Shown here in pieces: positions 34,636 through 48,177 of a stretch of DNA of 48,755 bases. A model generated the notes under the pieces. That model was given only the letters and a program-made list of their open reading frames with translations, had not been told where the DNA came from and made no database searches. A program made the position numbers and the translations under genes. The stretch comes from Octopus sinensis (lineage: Eukaryota): contig NW_021834399.1 in NCBI RefSeq assembly GCF_006345805.1, positions 1 through 48,755 on the forward strand, read 5' to 3'. Each line of letters begins with the position of its first letter. Position 1 is the first letter of the stretch.

Positions 34636-35393
34636 AAAATACGCGTATGTTATACAGTTCTGCTTCGTTCCATTCTTTACAAGGAAGGTATCAGCAGTTG
34701 TGTATTGCCCATCCTCCGGTTTGTCTGCAATCTACTTCTCAACCTTTCTGCAAGCTGCGTTCAGAAATGTTGTCGAAGGTGTAGAGTGCCTATCCAGTTT
34801 ACGACAAATAACAACATGTTCGATCCACAGCTCCGCAGAATCAGAACCTAAACTAGGCAACAAATTCTGAGAATTACAATTTGCAAACGACTCTGCTTTG
34901 ACAGTACTCTCAGTACAGGGCATCCTAGAATTGGTTGTTTGTTTTATAAGAGCCGCCAAAGAACGAGGGAAACTAAGGCTATTCTTAAACCGAGATTGTT
35001 GTTACTTTGGGAGTAGTTCTTAGACTACGACTATTGCTGGACCGACATTATTGTTAGATAATACTTTCAAAGATGGATTTTAAAATTGGTTTTTAGAATT
35101 TCGCACATATAGACATATCCATACTCTCTCATTCACAGTCTTTTTCTCCTTCTTTTACTTTCTTTCTGCATTTCCCACTGTCTATCTGTCTGTCTGCTTC
35201 CTCTCTCTCTTTCTTTCTCTCTCTTTTTCTCTATCTCTCTCTCTCTTTCTATTTATATATATATATATATATCGAGAGAAAGAGAGAGAAACATATATCA
35301 TATATATATACTTTTATATTTCACATATATGTATGCTTTTATATACGTATATACGTGTATGCATATATGTACATATTTGTGTATACATATATA

Positions 35394-35434
<41 letters not shown>

Positions 35435-35609
35435 GTGAATTTGTACACAAATTCACACTTGCTACCTTCTTATACATATGTTTATGTACGTATATACATA
35501 TATACATATATGAATGTGTGTGCGTGTTCCTTTATGCATACATAGACAGATATAGGTACTGCTATATGAGCATGATATATATATATATACATATATATAT
35601 ATATGTATT

Positions 35610-35657
<48 letters not shown>

Positions 35658-36301
35658 ATGTAAGCATGTATGCATATAGAAAACTACAGCATGCACACAC
35701 GAATATCATTTATAGCATGCAACATTCAAAAGCCATGCATTTAAGAAGCCTACCACGCAAATACGTTTTAGAAATTTTAGTTTTTTTTTTTCATGCTTCT
35801 TTTCATAAGCCGGTATCAGAAGAGGTCATATTTTAAGATTTCTTTTCGTTTACACCCCCATCCACCACATGCACATATTACCTTTCTTTTATGAATCGTA
35901 TTTTGCTCTTTACTTTCCGCCTGACCTCTTGGAATACAATTCAATTTTACTGCTTAGTTCTCTTTGATTCCACCGTAAATTTGTTCTGCTTGTCCCAAGA
36001 TAACGCTTATTTTATTCTGCCGGAAAACACAATCGGGATCCAATGGTGAATTTCTGTGATGAAAAGAAAGGAAAAATTCAACCAATCAAAAAGAAAATCG
36101 TATATAATATATTATTTGCTTAATATATTTAATGTATTTATGTACATATAACAATAAGCATCGCGCGCTCTCTCTCTGTCTCTCCCTCTACACGCACACG
36201 CATATACACACAAGCACCACACATACACACTCACACCACTTACACAAGCACACATACACATATATGTATATATATACACACTTCACACACTCTCTCACAC
36301 A

Positions 36302-36474
<173 letters not shown>

Positions 36475-37154
36475 ATGTATAACACACAACACACACATGT
36501 ATGTATATAGATATTTACGCGATTTTGTTTACAAACTGCAGATAGGGCACATTATTTGAAGCTTATATTTATACGGAATCAGTTGATAATTCAATGCGAG
36601 AGCAACCCAGGTGTATTATTTTATCGATAAAACCCCAGTCAAGTGGTTTCTCATTGGTCGAGAGCTGTCAGGTGGTAGTTTGTGTTACGTCCTTTAAAGA
36701 ATGTTGCTTCTGCTGTTGGCTTTTTTTCCACACTGTAAAAAAAGAGAGCACTTCGGCCCGAATTGCTGGCTTAGCTTTTTCTACAGTGTATAACAAAGAG
36801 AGCATTCTATCTCTATTTGCAGGTACCAGGGCGAGCCATCCCGCATCAACCTCGCTCGGACCAGCTGATATATCCCCACAATACTGGCGTTTCGTATTGA
36901 TTTCCTCGTATTATTAATTTCAGCTCTGTGTACTCTGACTTCAAATTGAATACCAGTAGTTTACTTGGGTCTCTCTCTCTCTCTTTATCTCCCTCTGACT
37001 CATTTCTGCCTGCCTGTTTTTTCTCTCCCTTTCTGTAAGATCTGAAGAGATCTGTGATCAGATCTGGGCCTGGAAGTCCCAAGAGACACGTTGTATGGTG
37101 CGAAGGTGCCCCAACAGCTTCAACAGCAGTTGATGAACTCGAGACAAAATGCAC

Positions 37155-37201
37155 ACATACATACATACATACATACATACATACATACATACATACATAC
37201 A

Positions 37202-37235
<34 letters not shown>

Positions 37236-37283
37236 CATACATACATACATATATACATACATACATGTGTGTGTGTGTGTGTG
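37155..37283. repeat. (CATA)n followed by (TG)n
   Basis: Direct reading. Confidence 0.95.
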
Positions 37284-37572
37284 CTAGAGCATTGTATCCA
37301 TAATAGTAATTGCATATAACCATACATACATATATAGAAGCATTCCTCTTTCAAGCATACATAACTACAACTACAGACGTTGCCCATACGTACATGATTA
37401 AAAATATACTAGGAAATACACCAGTATTTCTTAACGCTTTCCCAGATAAATACAAATGGTATGAAGTGGATGGGGTGAGGTAAGTTCAAGAGGGGAGCTA
37501 ATGTGTTGCATTTTGTGTCTTCTGGTGTATGCTGCCCAGTAAAGAAAGTTAGTATAATTGGTGATAAAACTG

Positions 37573-37745
37573 TGGTAAGTTGGCAGAAATTGAAGAGACT
37601 CGAGCGAAATGCCTCGCGGCATCTAATTAAATCTCTAACGGTCTAAGATGAAATTCCGCCAGGGCCGATATTACATTTCATTTTTCTGTGAAAGATATAA
37701 CAATACCAGTTAAGTATTATGGTACGTTTAATCGACTGATTAACC
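37573..37745 (+). mobile_element. SINE family A, old degenerate copy
   Basis: 'aagttggcagaaat', 'aaattccgccagggccga', 'tttcat', 'taccagttaagta', 'taatcgact'. Confidence 0.55.
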
Positions 37746-37904
37746 ATTCTCAAAACAGAATGGTCTCCTTGTAATTATGTTTGACGTTAATATAATTAAT
37801 GAACAGTCATGATTTATTGTTTCTTTGGTCTGTTTTAAATACAGAAGACAGAAAACAGCAGGAGAGATTTGAGGAAAGATTTAGTTCTGAGAAGAGTTTC
37901 AGAG

Positions 37905-38400
37905 CACTATCCATCTATCTACCCATCCATCCATCGATCTTCGTCCACAATTCCTGGGAGGGTCGAGGAAGTAGTGTCCTCAGGCACCTCCTTCATAAGG
38001 TCCTATCAGAAGCAACCATTATTAGACTTTCTTGCTGGATTCACTGTAATACCCATATACTCACTTGATCATCAGGGATCAACTGAGACTATGATATTTT
38101 CCAACATTTTGTTCTTGGTCTACCCCCAGGTCTGGTTGACTTGGCTTCAACAATCCGTATTGCGATTCTTTCTTGCTACATTCTAATCATATGTCCGCTG
38201 TATCTCTCAATGCGGTGAATTAGTAGCTCGACCTGGAGAGACTCCGTAGTCTCCGAGCACCCACTCGATAACTATAAACTCGTGTTATATATTATTTATA
38301 AACTGCATACGTCACGAGACGTGGAAGAATAATGGGTATATATGAATAGATTTAGGTAAGGGCTACTTGGAATGTTGTAAAACGATGTAATGACCAGAGA
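37905..38400 (-). mobile_element. RTE-clade LINE 3' fragment with a (GATG)n-like tail
   Basis: Minus frame 'RYSGHMIRM*QERIAIRIVEAKSTRPGGRPRTKCW' matches the RTE C-terminal LRW.GHV.RM...RP.GRPR..W. Confidence 0.65.
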
Positions 38401-38544
38401 ATGATAAATAAATCCTTAATTAGGTTGTTGGATCATCGTCGCATGCTTTGTTCCCATGTCTTGGTTCGCAGATTTGTTAGCTTGGTGAAGTTAGAGGAGA
38501 GCCGACATTCTCTACTTCCTCCCCATCTCTCTGTTAGTTTCTGT

Positions 38545-38885
<341 letters not shown>

Positions 38886-39194
38886 CATTGATTACGATCA
38901 AGCCGATAACTGTAGGTTACGAGTAAACTAATGAAGTGAAATGACTCATCCGGGACTTTTATCACTGATTCCACTCGTCGGAAACTCTTAGCTTTCCTTG
39001 CTAAGCGCTCGGACAAGGACGGTTACTATCTCTCGGCAAATTCATAGCAGCAGAAACCAATATTTGGAGAAGGAGCAAAAGAGCTAAGGGGGTGGGTGAA
39101 GCGGAAGAAATAGAACTTTGGTAGGTCAAATCCTTTTAGTGAAATGTTCAATGGCGGTTCTCTTATAAACAAATAAATTTTAGCGTTTGCATAT

Positions 39195-39208
39195 AAGATA
39201 TAAATATA

Positions 39209-39278
<70 letters not shown>

Positions 39279-39352
39279 AAATATGTATATATAAATATAT
39301 AGTGTATATATATGTATATATAAGGCATATATATAAGGTGTATATATATATA

Positions 39353-39391
<39 letters not shown>

Positions 39392-40002
39392 TATGTGTGT
39401 GTGTGTGGTGTGTGTGTATTTGTTTATACATATTATGCATGCACGCGTTCGAGTGTATGTTTGCCTGCAGGATTGTAAGGGTAATGTTGTTTGTGGTGAG
39501 TTGTGTAATGTATGTGTATATATGTGTGTTTCGTATGTACGATGTGTATAAAGCATAGTTGCTGTATGCATATATATATATACGTCCTAGCTTACGTTGT
39601 ATTGCGTAGCGTATAATAATGTCTATGCGTGCCTTTAGTTGTTGGTAGAGGAAGATACGGAAGAGAATATAAATGCGACTGATTGATACATAGTCCCAGA
39701 AGCAAAATATAACCTGAACAGAAAGTGATTAATAATGTTGAAATACTTTAGGTAATCATCGGGAGAGCTGAAAATATACACAACAAAAACAACAACAACA
39801 ACAACAACAACTATAACAACAGTAGTAGTAGCAACAATAGCAATGATAGCAACAACATCGAAAGTTACAGTAACAATAGTACCGCGGAAACAATCAAATC
39901 AGGTTTGTTTTAAGAATCTGAGCAAATGCCAAAACGAACAGTCCTTCTTTGGCTTACCAAATAGCAGTGTGAAAATATATATTTACGTGTGTGTTTATAT
40001 AT

Positions 40003-40051
<49 letters not shown>

Positions 40052-40122
40052 ATGTGTGTGGTGTGTATGTATGTATGTATGTATTATGTATTAATGTATG
40101 TATGTATATCTATGCATAATAT

Positions 40123-40173
<51 letters not shown>

Positions 40174-40193
40174 ACATATATATATATGTATGT

Positions 40194-40233
<40 letters not shown>

Positions 40234-40540
40234 GATATATGTGTGTGTGTGTGTGTGTGCGTATGTATGTATTATGTATTTAATGTATATATGTATATCT
40301 ATGCATATATATACACATATGTATACATGTACATGTATATACATATGTATATATATATATATATATATATATGTAAATATATATGTTTATATATTTTATG
40401 TTTATATGTGTACATTATTCATTCCCTCTGATGTGTGTGTATTATATATATATTATATATATATATATATATACACACACATATATATATGTATATATAT
40501 ATATATGTATGTATATATATCTATTTATGTAAATTATATA
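39195..40540. repeat. Cluster of degenerate (TA)n/(TG)n/(CAA)n microsatellites
   Basis: (TA)n at 39200-39390, (CAA)n at 39780-39855, and TA/TG mosaics at 39985-40540. Confidence 0.9.
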
Positions 40541-40652
40541 TGCATGAACGCACCACCACACGCACACTATGTGAGTAACTAAGAAAGGACTGTTGATTTT
40601 TGGCAATTGACCATTATCTTAAAACAAACTTGATTCGATTTTTCTTATGTCA

Positions 40653-40694
<42 letters not shown>

Positions 40695-41374
40695 CACACA
40701 CACACACACACACAATACATATACACATCTATCTATTTATTTGTGTATGTGCACCTGTGTGTATGTATGTGTAATTCATGTTAGAGGTAATATTCCGAAT
40801 GAGGCACGCAAAAAATTCTCAATGAATTGAAGTTTGCTTTTTGGTTGGAGAAAGAGAAATAAAACCTACTGGCAATTGTTAGTAACATTCAAATAAAATA
40901 GAGAAAAAAAAATCAAGTAATTAACAATATATTTTACAGAAAGTTCTACTCTCACGCATTGTAGTAGAATTGACGAGGTCAGTGACCAGGTCAATGAAGT
41001 GCGACGAATCCGTTTGACATTTCATAATAAACAGTATTTTCATAAAACTCAATGAAAAGCTGAATATAACGTATTTTTTGTGATTGTTTAAATGCCTGAA
41101 ATGGCACTCCCACGATGTAATTATTTTATATGAAATCAAAAGTCAAACCAACGCAATGAAAAGTGCCCCTCTCCAACATGTACATATATAGGTATGTCTA
41201 TAGCCTATTACTCTGCCGTTTCCACGACGTGTAGCTGTTTCTTTAGACGGCTCAAAACAGGGCCCGTGTCACAGGTCACTGAACTCCCTAAGTAAATCAT
41301 GGCAGTTTGCCTTTGTATCGAAAATTACTTCGAATCATTTCTTGACAGCGGATATACATACATACGTACATACA

Positions 41375-41411
41375 TATCTATCTATCCATCTATCTGTCTG
41401 TCTGTCTGTCG

Positions 41412-41501
<90 letters not shown>

Positions 41502-41641
41502 ATCTATGTATCTATCTATCTATCTTTATACAAGCAGACACACACGCATACACACATGCGCGCACACACAGACACGCATACACATTATATACACACATGC
41601 CTATATCTCTATCTCTCTCTCTTCTCTATCTCTCTCTATCT

Positions 41642-41672
<31 letters not shown>

Positions 41673-41705
41673 GATATATAATATATATAATATATATATA
41701 TATAT
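41375..41705. repeat. (TCTG)n/(TCTA)n and (TA)n arrays
   Basis: Direct reading. Confidence 0.93.
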
Positions 41706-41714
41706 ATCTTCTAT

Positions 41715-42063
41715 TTCTTTTACTTGTTTCAGTCATTAGACTGCGATCATGCAGGATCACAGCCTTCAAAATTTTTAGTCAAACGAATCGACCCCAACAT
41801 TTTCTGGTACTTAATCTATCGTTATTTTTTGAGCCGAACCACTAAGTTATGGAGACGTAAACTCACCAACACTGGTTGCAAAATGGTGGAACAGGGGACA
41901 AACACAGACAAAAAAACACACAAACACACATGTGCATATACGCGACAAGCTTCTTCCAGTTTCCGTCTTCCAAATCTACTCCTAAGGGTTTGGTGGCCCG
42001 AGGCTATAGTAGAAGGCATTTGCCCAACGTACTAACCAGTGGGACTGAACCTGGAATCCTGTG
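41715..42063 (-). mobile_element. SINE family B, head-truncated
   Basis: 'tttacttgtttcagtcattagactgcg', 'gccgaaccactaagtta', 'cccgaggctatagtagaag', 'cagtgggactgaacc'. Confidence 0.85.
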
Positions 42064-42242
42064 ATAGCAAACGTCTAAACAAAAACAACGACGACCACCA
42101 TCACTACCACTTCCACTACTACTACTACTACTACTACTACTAACTACTACACATTATATACATACATATATATTTACGTAGATGCGTACATATATACATA
42201 CATGTGTATGTATGTATGTATGTATGTATGTATGCATACATA

Positions 42243-43510
42243 ATGGTTTGGCAAGAAAGTAATTTCCTTTTTCGCAAATAAAGTTGCGATTCTTTTGAAT
42301 GACTTTTGTCAATGTCATGATTTCTTTCCTTTTGACATTTGATAGCCGTTACTTTTAACTTATTTTAGAAGCAAATTACGTGTAATTTTGTTTACAGTTG
42401 TTCGTTCAGTGTTAATTTTAACATGTAATACAAAAACGAACATTTTCGCCATATTTTGCTGTTTTATTTCCGTTAAAGGCAATAAAGTTGCTAAGCTCAA
42501 AAGGAGATATGTTAAGTTTATGATGTTGACTGCTTAACAGAGCGCACATGTCAGAAATGGTTTTAAAAATTCCGTTCTTCAGATTTTTTACTCAAAGACG
42601 ATCAACGTTCTGGTCGACCTACTGAAGTTGATGATGACCGAATAAAAATCCTAAATGAATCTGATTGTCATAAAACTGTGCAAGAGATTGCAGAGAGGTT
42701 AAATGTATCACACACAACAACTGAAAATCATTTAAAATGTCTCGGACTCATTAAAAAGCTTGATATTTAAGTTCCACATAAATTGAAAGAGATTACACTT
42801 AATAAAACGAATCAATATTTGCGATATGCATGTCAAACGCAATGAAATCGACCTAGTTTTGAAACGAACAATGGATTGTTTACAATAACATCAATCGCAA
42901 ATGATCATAGTCCAAGCGTATTGAACCAGCACAAATCATATCGAAAGCAGAATTGCATAAAAAAGGTCATGCTGTCGATTTGGTGGGATTACAAACGTGT
43001 TCTGTATTTAGTAACCGTCCTTGTCCGAGCTGCTTCCAAGAAACTAAACGATCAATTCAGATGTTTGCTGTCAACAACTAATGAAACTGGAGGAAACAAT
43101 CAAAGGCAAACGGCCAGAATTGGCAAATCGTAAAGGAATCGCTAAACAACACACGTCTTTGCTAACTTGTGAAAAATTATTGGAGCTTGGTTGAGAAGTA
43201 ATGTCACATCCACCATATAGCCCCACCATTGCACCATCAGATTATCATTTATTTCGAAGTTTGCAAAATTCTTTGAATGGTAAAACTTTCAATAATGATG
43301 ATGACCTGAAATTGCACTTGCATCAATCTTTGGCTAATAAGGATCAGAAGTTCTATGATCCCGGATTCATGAAGTTGCCAGAAAGGTGGTAAAAGATCAT
43401 CGAACAAAATGGAAAATATATAATTGATTAAAGTTCATTTTTTGTATGAAAAAAAAAAACAACTTTTATTCACACTAAAAAAGAACGAAATTACTTTCTT
43501 GCCGAGTCAA
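42243..43510 (+). mobile_element. Full-length mariner transposon (about 1.27 kb, cecropia/Hsmar1-like), inactive
   Basis: TIR core ggcaagaaagtaatttc at both ends in inverted orientation, with TA on each side and a transposase remnant inside. Confidence 0.93.
42423..43431 (+). pseudogene. Mariner transposase pseudogene
   Basis: 'EHFRHILLFYF', 'LTERTCQKWF*KFRS', 'DDQRSGRPTEVDDD', '*VPHKL' (WVPHEL), 'KKVMLSIWWD', 'HPPYSPTIAPSDYHLFRSLQNSLNGK', 'KLPERW*KIIEQNGKYI'. Confidence 0.93.
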
Positions 43511-43541
<31 letters not shown>

Positions 43542-43565
43542 ATATATAAATATATATATATATAA

Positions 43566-43597
<32 letters not shown>

Positions 43598-43752
43598 TGT
43601 GTGTGTGTGTGTGTGTGCGTGTGCGTGCGTGTGTGTATATATATAATTTAAATAATGAGGGAGATAAATTGAATATTAATTTAATTAATATCAAGTTAAA
43701 ACCAGTAGCCTAGCATATAAAAATCTGAAAAATCAGAGAAAATTCCAATACA

Positions 43753-44344
43753 TGTGTATATTTAGGGCTAAAAACCACTATGTGGACAGCCATATGTTAG
43801 AAGTAGATCACATACGATTAAACTACAAAGAAAGAATGTTCTCCAGAGAAAATCCAGCGGACACCAGAACATAGGCGGGCAAGACAGATGAAAATGACAT
43901 AAAAATCAAGAATTAATCGTATACCGGTTTCGTCTATCACCGAATAAATTACTTACGTAATCCTTCGTCCGTAGATTCATCAGTCCTCCAGAACTCAGAA
44001 CTCAGACATTTGAAATTAAGCCCAATATAATAAGTAGAACTAAGCATGTGTCTGGTTTTATACAGAAAACTGGTGGTTAGTTTTACAAATTATATTGCTT
44101 TTGGAAAGATCGTACTGATGAATCTACGGACGAAGGATTGCGTAAGTAGTTTATTCGGTGATAGACGAAACCGGTATACGATTAATTCTTGATTTTTATA
44201 TAATTTTCACCTGTCTTGCCCGCCTATGTTCTGGTGTCCGCTGGATTTTCTCTGGAGAACATTCTTTCTTTGCAGTTTAATCGTATGTGATCTACTTCTA
44301 GCATATGGCTGTTCACATAATGGTTTTTAGCCTAAATATACACA
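43753..44344. mobile_element. Fold-back element: about 231-bp inverted arms (about 96% identical), 129-bp spacer, containing a hammerhead ribozyme
   Basis: 43753-43984 versus the reverse complement of 44114-44344 shows about 9 substitutions and 1 indel by manual alignment. TA/TG microsatellites lie nearby on both sides. Confidence 0.93.
44108..44183 (+). ncRNA. Type I hammerhead ribozyme with extended stem II
   Basis: gatcgta-CTGATGA-atcta-cggacgaa-gg-attgc-gtaa-gtagt-ttattcg-gtga-tagac-GAAAC-CG-GT-A|tacgatt. Stem I is 7 bp, stem III is the palindrome ACCGGT and the triplet is GUA. The first stem II pair is an A-C mismatch. Confidence 0.8.
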
Positions 44345-44964
44345 CACACATATATAAATATAATATATATATAATATATATGTATATATATATATATATA
44401 TAATATTATATATATATATATATATATATGTATATGTGTGTGTATGCATATATGTGCTTCGCACATTCATTCAGACAGCAGTACGGTATGCTATAATATT
44501 AATCTAAGTTGCCGACAAGGCTTAGCTAAATACTTGGCTAAAGCAGGCTTCTTCTAAATCAAGATGTAATCGCAAGACCTGTATGGCTTTAGCTGAAAAG
44601 TATAATTGAACTATCAATTACGTGCTGATTGCCCTTTTCTCTTGTAAGTCTAACTTAATGTGCAAGTAGGATACACACACTCTCTCTGTCTCTCTCTCTC
44701 TCTCTCTCTCACTCACACACGCACTTATATGTAATATATACAGCGTGCTGTGTGTGTGTGTGCTTGTGTTGAGTTTAATCTGAAAATTCAAGGATAGGAA
44801 CTGCACAGAAGCCATTAGCTAGCAGACATGCAACAAATTGGTAGTACCTCACCTACAATATCAAAAAAGAGGTTGTGATCAGAGAAATTTAATGAAGGGA
44901 AGGAGCATGCAAACAGAAACAGTTGGATTGAGACGCTAACGCTAATGGATAGCTTAAGTAAAAG

Positions 44965-45001
44965 GAAGAAAAAGAGAGAAAGAAAGAAAGAAAGAAAGAA
45001 A

Positions 45002-45050
<49 letters not shown>

Positions 45051-45125
45051 AAAGAGAAATGAATAAATAAATGAATAAAGAAAGAAAGAAAGACCGAAAG
45101 AAAGAAAGAGAGAAAGAGAGATAGA
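44965..45125. repeat. (GAAA)n purine tract
   Basis: Direct reading. Confidence 0.95.
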
Positions 45126-46064
45126 GATGTGAGCAAAAGAAGCTATTGTGGATGATGTGGGCACGTGTTCTTGAAAATGGAACTTTCCAGGTTGATTCAT
45201 ACAAACAATGGCGAAAGTTGTGTACTTCGATCTTGTAGTCAGTAATAAATAGTGATACTAGTGTGACACTGATGATGGTCATCAGTGCTGAGGCTACTCA
45301 TCCACGGATGATGCTTTTTTGCAGCAAGCTGGTCATTCCTTGAAGATTACGGCCGCATATTGAAGTCTTGAATGTTCTTGTAAAATGTTGCAAAAATTCA
45401 TTATTGCAATAGAATCAGCGTGATGAGGATCATCCTCAGAAACATGCTACAGAGTTTTACAAGGACAACGAAGGTACTGTATTACCATTGTTTTCAACGT
45501 TATGTATCAGTCAACCGCATCTATAAAATTTCATAAATTTTACATCTACTTACAGAAAACTCAAGGGCTGAACATACCAGCATATAATGCTTCAAATATT
45601 GTCACGAAGAAAACAATACAACTCATCGGTCTGGGGTCACATTTGGCCAAACAAAGAAATAATTCTCTGATAGCGTTTGATTCTACTGAACTGCGGTATA
45701 AATGTTAAAAAGGCCGTAATTTGTGTTTGACTAAAAGCAATATCGTATCACACCCGGTCCGCACCAATAATGAGCAGAAAGACATTTCATTATCTGTTCA
45801 CACTGCAACAGACATATTATATATGAAGTTACAGATTACCAGAATCATCACTCATCAGGTGACATGCTACCATTATGTCGTTTATGTTGACAACTATAAG
45901 AGAATATGAAGACCGTGGTGTCCAAATTTCTCGATACTAGTTTAAAACCATATGGGAATAGCAACAGGTACTCTGTGTATGTGCATGCGTGCGGGTTTGT
46001 GTGTATATTTTTGTGTGTGAGCATGTCTATGCATGTACGTATGTATGTCATTGTTCAGTTTATT

Positions 46065-46150
46065 CCAAGATTTCTTGCCAATAGAGGAAGAACCGGTTTC
46101 TAACCTAGATCCAAGGTTTCTTCATCGGAATTTCAACATCGACAACAGGG
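46065..46150 (-). repeat. Probable PLE pLTR fragment with a hammerhead-like core
   Basis: Minus strand: CCGATGA-aga-aacct-tggatct-aggtt-a-GAAAC-CG-GT-T. Stem I is not well formed. Confidence 0.4.
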
Positions 46151-46247
46151 TAATTTTAGTTGTGTGTATGTATGTATGTATGTATGTATGTATGTATGTA
46201 TGTATGTATGTATTATGTATGCATGTATATATGTATGTATATATAGG

Positions 46248-46520
46248 TTCTCTGCCAGTTACGATGCGGAGTGTTTTAGCCTGTTCGCAAACTTAGCGTG
46301 TAAGTGGCAGAGCATTCCACAGGCACGTGAACTCTTATCATAGTTTTCAGAGAGATTCAGCATGACACAGAATGTGATAAGCCTAGGTTTTTGAAATGCA
46401 GGTACTAATGATTTTTGCTAGCTGAGAGGACCGGAACAATGAGAATTAAAGTGCCTTCCTCAAGGATACAGCGCGCCGGCTGGAATCGATCTCACAACTT
46501 TACAATCATGAACCGAATAA
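46248..46520 (-). mobile_element. tRNA-derived SINE family C (V/Meta-domain-like)
   Basis: Minus strand has a B-box-like 'gagatcgattcc' followed by 'gtatccttgaggaaggcacttta', then a unique 3' part next to (TATG)n. Confidence 0.65.
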
Positions 46521-46754
46521 GTCACGTACCTTCAAACACACACGCAGACACACACACACACACGCACTATTATTGTGACATAAGAAAAGCACAGTCAGGT
46601 ATGAAATTTTTACAACGAGTATGAAATTACGCAATATACTATAACGCTCTCATCTCGTCATGGATTAATAGTCGGATTTGTATTATTCTGACTCGCCAAT
46701 TAATGGCGGGTTTCATTTTCACAATTCCGTATGGATCATCTGTAATAAAAACCA

Positions 46755-46915
<161 letters not shown>

Positions 46916-47539
46916 ATAAAGTCTAGGGGGACTTTACGCAGTGAAATAGTAAAGCGCTATTTTTCCGCAATTAAGCTCGGTGCTCACTTTTTGCTCGTGA
47001 TATGGTCCCCATCCTTTCACACCTCAGTTTCATTGGGATTATAGGTCTTCCCGGCTTGTACATTATCGACATTTAAACACCATTAATGCATCGGTTGCAA
47101 AAATGCAAAAGCCAGCAAGCAAAATTCGCTGTCTAGGTTTTGAAAAATGGCGTAGATATTCAGAAGTATCTTTCAGAAATTAACCCACACCGAACACCTC
47201 TTCCCCTGCTTATCATGACAATTGAACAATATACGATCTAAAGATTGTCGCCGGAAGGCTTGTGAAAATTACCTAACTAGGCCAAATGTCAAGGGAAATA
47301 ACCGCATATTTAGTGCCAAGGTTAATCTGGAATCAAGAAATGCTGTTCTCTTCGTGTCAGCCGAGAATTACGCACAATTATAATTACGTATTATTCTGTT
47401 GAGACTGGTAATATAGTTTATAATTACGCTACATATGTAAATTATATAACCGATATGATACATCCATAAAATTATTCTTCGGAAGCACTAACACACAAAA
47501 CTATATACTTACATACATACATACATACGCAGAGACATA

Positions 47540-47567
47540 TATGTGTGTGTGTGTGTTATGTATGTAC

Positions 47568-47598
<31 letters not shown>

Positions 47599-47647
47599 TG
47601 TATGTATGTATGTATGTATGTATGTATGTATGATGTATGTATGTATG

Positions 47648-47715
<68 letters not shown>

Positions 47716-47745
47716 TACATATACACACATACATGCATACATACA
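47540..47745. repeat. (TATG)n(TA)n microsatellite
   Basis: Direct reading. Confidence 0.95.
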
Positions 47746-47966
47746 TTCACATATGTATGTGCGTGCCTGCGTATACAATCACATGTACACAGATAGTGAA
47801 GGGGACTCTCATGATAAATTTTCACAAATTTTCTCATCCAGTTGATATTACACAGATACACGATCACACATACACTCTCAAGCATATATTTGCACGCACA
47901 TATATACACAAATGCATATGCTTATATAAAGTTTATATATTTACACACACATCTATGTATGTACAT

Positions 47967-48146
47967 AGGCGTGGCTGTGTAGTAAGAAGCATGCTTCCCA
48001 ACCATATGGTACTGAGTTCAGTTCCGCTGCGTGGCACCTAGGACAAGTGTATTCTACTATCGCCTCGGGCCGATTAAAGCCTTGTGAGAAGATTTGGTAG
48101 ACGGAAACTCAAAGAAGCCTATCGTATATACAAATATACATACATA

Positions 48147-48177
<31 letters not shown>

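Noticed and set aside
37042-37075. CTGAAGA followed by the perfect hairpin gatctg/cagatc
   Set aside because: It is followed by TGGG instead of GAAA, and there is no stem I or III, so it is not a hammerhead.
45180-45450. Possible mariner remnant (EDDP-like motif on the minus strand)
   Set aside because: A single short motif that could not be extended.
47360-47450. Clustered 'aattacg' words as a possible regulatory element
   Set aside because: Low-information AT-rich motif that cannot be supported without conservation data.
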